Assembly: GCF_000143415.4 (NCBI RefSeq)
Contig: NW_003314294.1
Location: forward strand, 1,673,387 to 1,737,386
Direction: 5' to 3'
From: Selaginella moellendorffii
Lineage: Eukaryota > Plantae > Lycopodiophyta
DNA length: 64,000 bases
The position numbers and the translations under genes were made by a program. A model generated the notes under the pieces. The model had not been told where the DNA came from, ran no database searches, and worked only from the letters and a program-made list of their open reading frames with translations. Shown here piece by piece: positions 62,605 through 64,000 of this stretch (positions are counted from its first letter, which is position 1; every line of letters starts with the position of its first letter).

Positions 62605-63750
62605 TGTCGCGCATGTGACTTCGGGTATCGAAAGTTACCTGTCGACCAGTCCTTACGGACACTCTTACCTTACTGCCACGATGGCAGGAGGTCGGTATTG
62701 CTGGACCCTTTATCAGTCCCTCTTGTGCTAGTGGAGTTAACTGGGCATTTCGAGTGTACTTAGACCGGACGAGCATAAGGATGGAATTCCTACGTGTTAT
62801 TAGCTAAGCATACTTAGCCCGGTAAGGAGTTCCCGTCTCGTTTTGTCTTGCACTTGCTAGTGACAAGAACCCTCGCGTATTGAGATTAGTCCCTCAATAT
62901 CGCTACATGATAGCTTACCGTGTCTGCCAAACACCCTCGCTATCATGCCCTTTGTGTTAGTCTCATTTCGGTCCCAAATGCTATTTATGGAAAGTGTCCA
63001 GATTTGCTCATTTGGCATATCTACGGAATGTAGAGATCGTTTTGAACACAATGGTGTTCGTCCCGTGTCCAAATTCGCAATCTAGGGACATTCCATATTT
63101 AGTAAGTTTCAAGCTTGTCCCAGAGACTAACTCCTGATACTAAGGGAGGCTTGGGGTGAAAGCCCAAAGCGTGTGTTCCTCAAGGGGGGGGGGCTGTGGG
63201 GGGTTCCAAATGTATAGTAGGGATAGTGGGTAGGTCGGGCATGGCCGACCAACCTGAGGCATAGTCTAGCTCCCGCTTGCGTGCCTGTCCTTGTTCTGCG
63301 TCCGGCTTGGGTCTAAGCCCAAGTTCCATTCCATGCTAGTTGGTGGAGTACCCATGTCCTCGCGTTAGGCCACCGGTATGCCGAAATAGCGCCAGACTCC
63401 GTTTGGCTCCGTTTTGCGTGCTGGTCCTGGCATTGGGATGCTGGTTACTCTAGGACTGTTCCAAGTCGCTCCGGGCTCCTGTCCCTTCGCTCCTTGGGCT
63501 TTACGCTTGGGAGTTGCTCCGTGGTTCGGTTCCATCACTCCTTGGCTTCGTGCTTGGGAGTTTGGCACCGTTCCTTTGTTCAGTGGCCCAAGGCCCTGAA
63601 CCTCGGGTTCCTGTGGACACGTGGCATGGACACGTGGCATGTGACACGTGGCATCTGTCACGTGGCACAAAGAGGGTTTAGGTTCCGCTTCGTGGTGTTA
63701 TCCTATGGTAAATCACCATAGGATAAAGGGTCAAAACCACGTGCGCTACA
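62605..63750 (+). repeat. 3' LTR
   Basis: Same length as the 5' LTR; I noticed one substitution (GGACGG vs GGATGG). Confidence 0.95.
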
Positions 63751-64000
63751 GTGCACTAGCAACTAGCGCTTGGCAGGTAAGCCTCGTTGCATGTGGCATA
63801 GCATGTGGCCTCACGCCATTTCCATTGCAGGAATTCTCGAGTCTTCTCTCGAAAACACTGGGGGTCAATGACACACTCAGCATCCATAACATTCTACTCG
63901 CGACAAAAGTTGTTTTTGACAAATGGGTAGATGTGCTAAGGAGGTACCATGACGGGGAGTTGCTAAACTCAATGGGTGTGGAGGACGGCCGGAAGCCCAA

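Larger units (their letters stand above)
57297..63750 (+). mobile_element. Young non-autonomous LTR retrotransposon (LARD-like), 6,454 bp
   Basis: Two 1,146-bp TG...CA LTRs, 5-bp TSD GTGCA (57292-57296 and 63751-63755), PBS, PPT; no ORF over 90 aa in the 4.16-kb interior. Confidence 0.95.
48663..64000 (-). mobile_element. Sola-like TIR transposon, copy B (inverted, longer; continues beyond the window)
   Basis: TIR GCTCTATTTCGTTAAAGTGGGA at 48663-48684 followed by about 140 bp matching the reverse complement of 27592-27731; full-length transposase and divergent cargo gene. Confidence 0.9.
56028..64000 (+). pseudogene. Cargo gene, copy B, interrupted by an LTR element; resumes at 63751
   Basis: ORF 56118.. 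matches the 864-aa protein to ..GQGRA; 63756 onward continues LATSAWQ, the 54-nt intron, then EFSSLLSKTLG. Confidence 0.9.

Overview
Repeat-rich eukaryotic DNA with no ordinary host gene. TTTAGGG tracts, 38-55-nt GT-AG introns, a tRNA-iMet PBS and a Tat-type retroelement with an extra RNase H before RT suggest a seedless land plant, possibly a Selaginella-like lycophyte (inference). The dominant feature is a large DNA transposon with 22-bp TIRs (GCTCTATTTTGTTAAAGTGGGA), seen as a TIR-to-TIR copy (16661-27731), a longer inverted copy (48663 to beyond 64000), and two more left arms in an 8,994-bp tandem array (1-24052). It carries two divergent genes. One is a ~1,020-aa Sola-like (DUF7869-type) DDD transposase. 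The other is a multi-exon cargo gene that reads as ParB/Srx-like domain + catalytically degenerate beta-class amino-methyltransferase fold + microexon-encoded linker + FCP1/NIF-type HAD domain. The element is studded with about 20-25 copies of a 22-bp palindrome, ATGGCRTG-N6-CAYGCCAT, many at the branch-point position of its introns. I did not see this motif in the flanking retroelements. The candidate novel system is a transposon-encoded ParB-like protein plus its own parS-like sites; the function (self-recognition or anti-silencing) is hypothetical. Also present: a spliced N4/N6-methyltransferase gene fragment abutting the right TIR, two decayed Ty3/gypsy elements, a Helitron-like insert with an intact secreted-protein ORF, and a very young non-coding LTR element (57297-63750) with an older decayed copy. 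Two N gaps lie at 2347-2714 and 5258-5870. All domain calls are by eye, without database searches.
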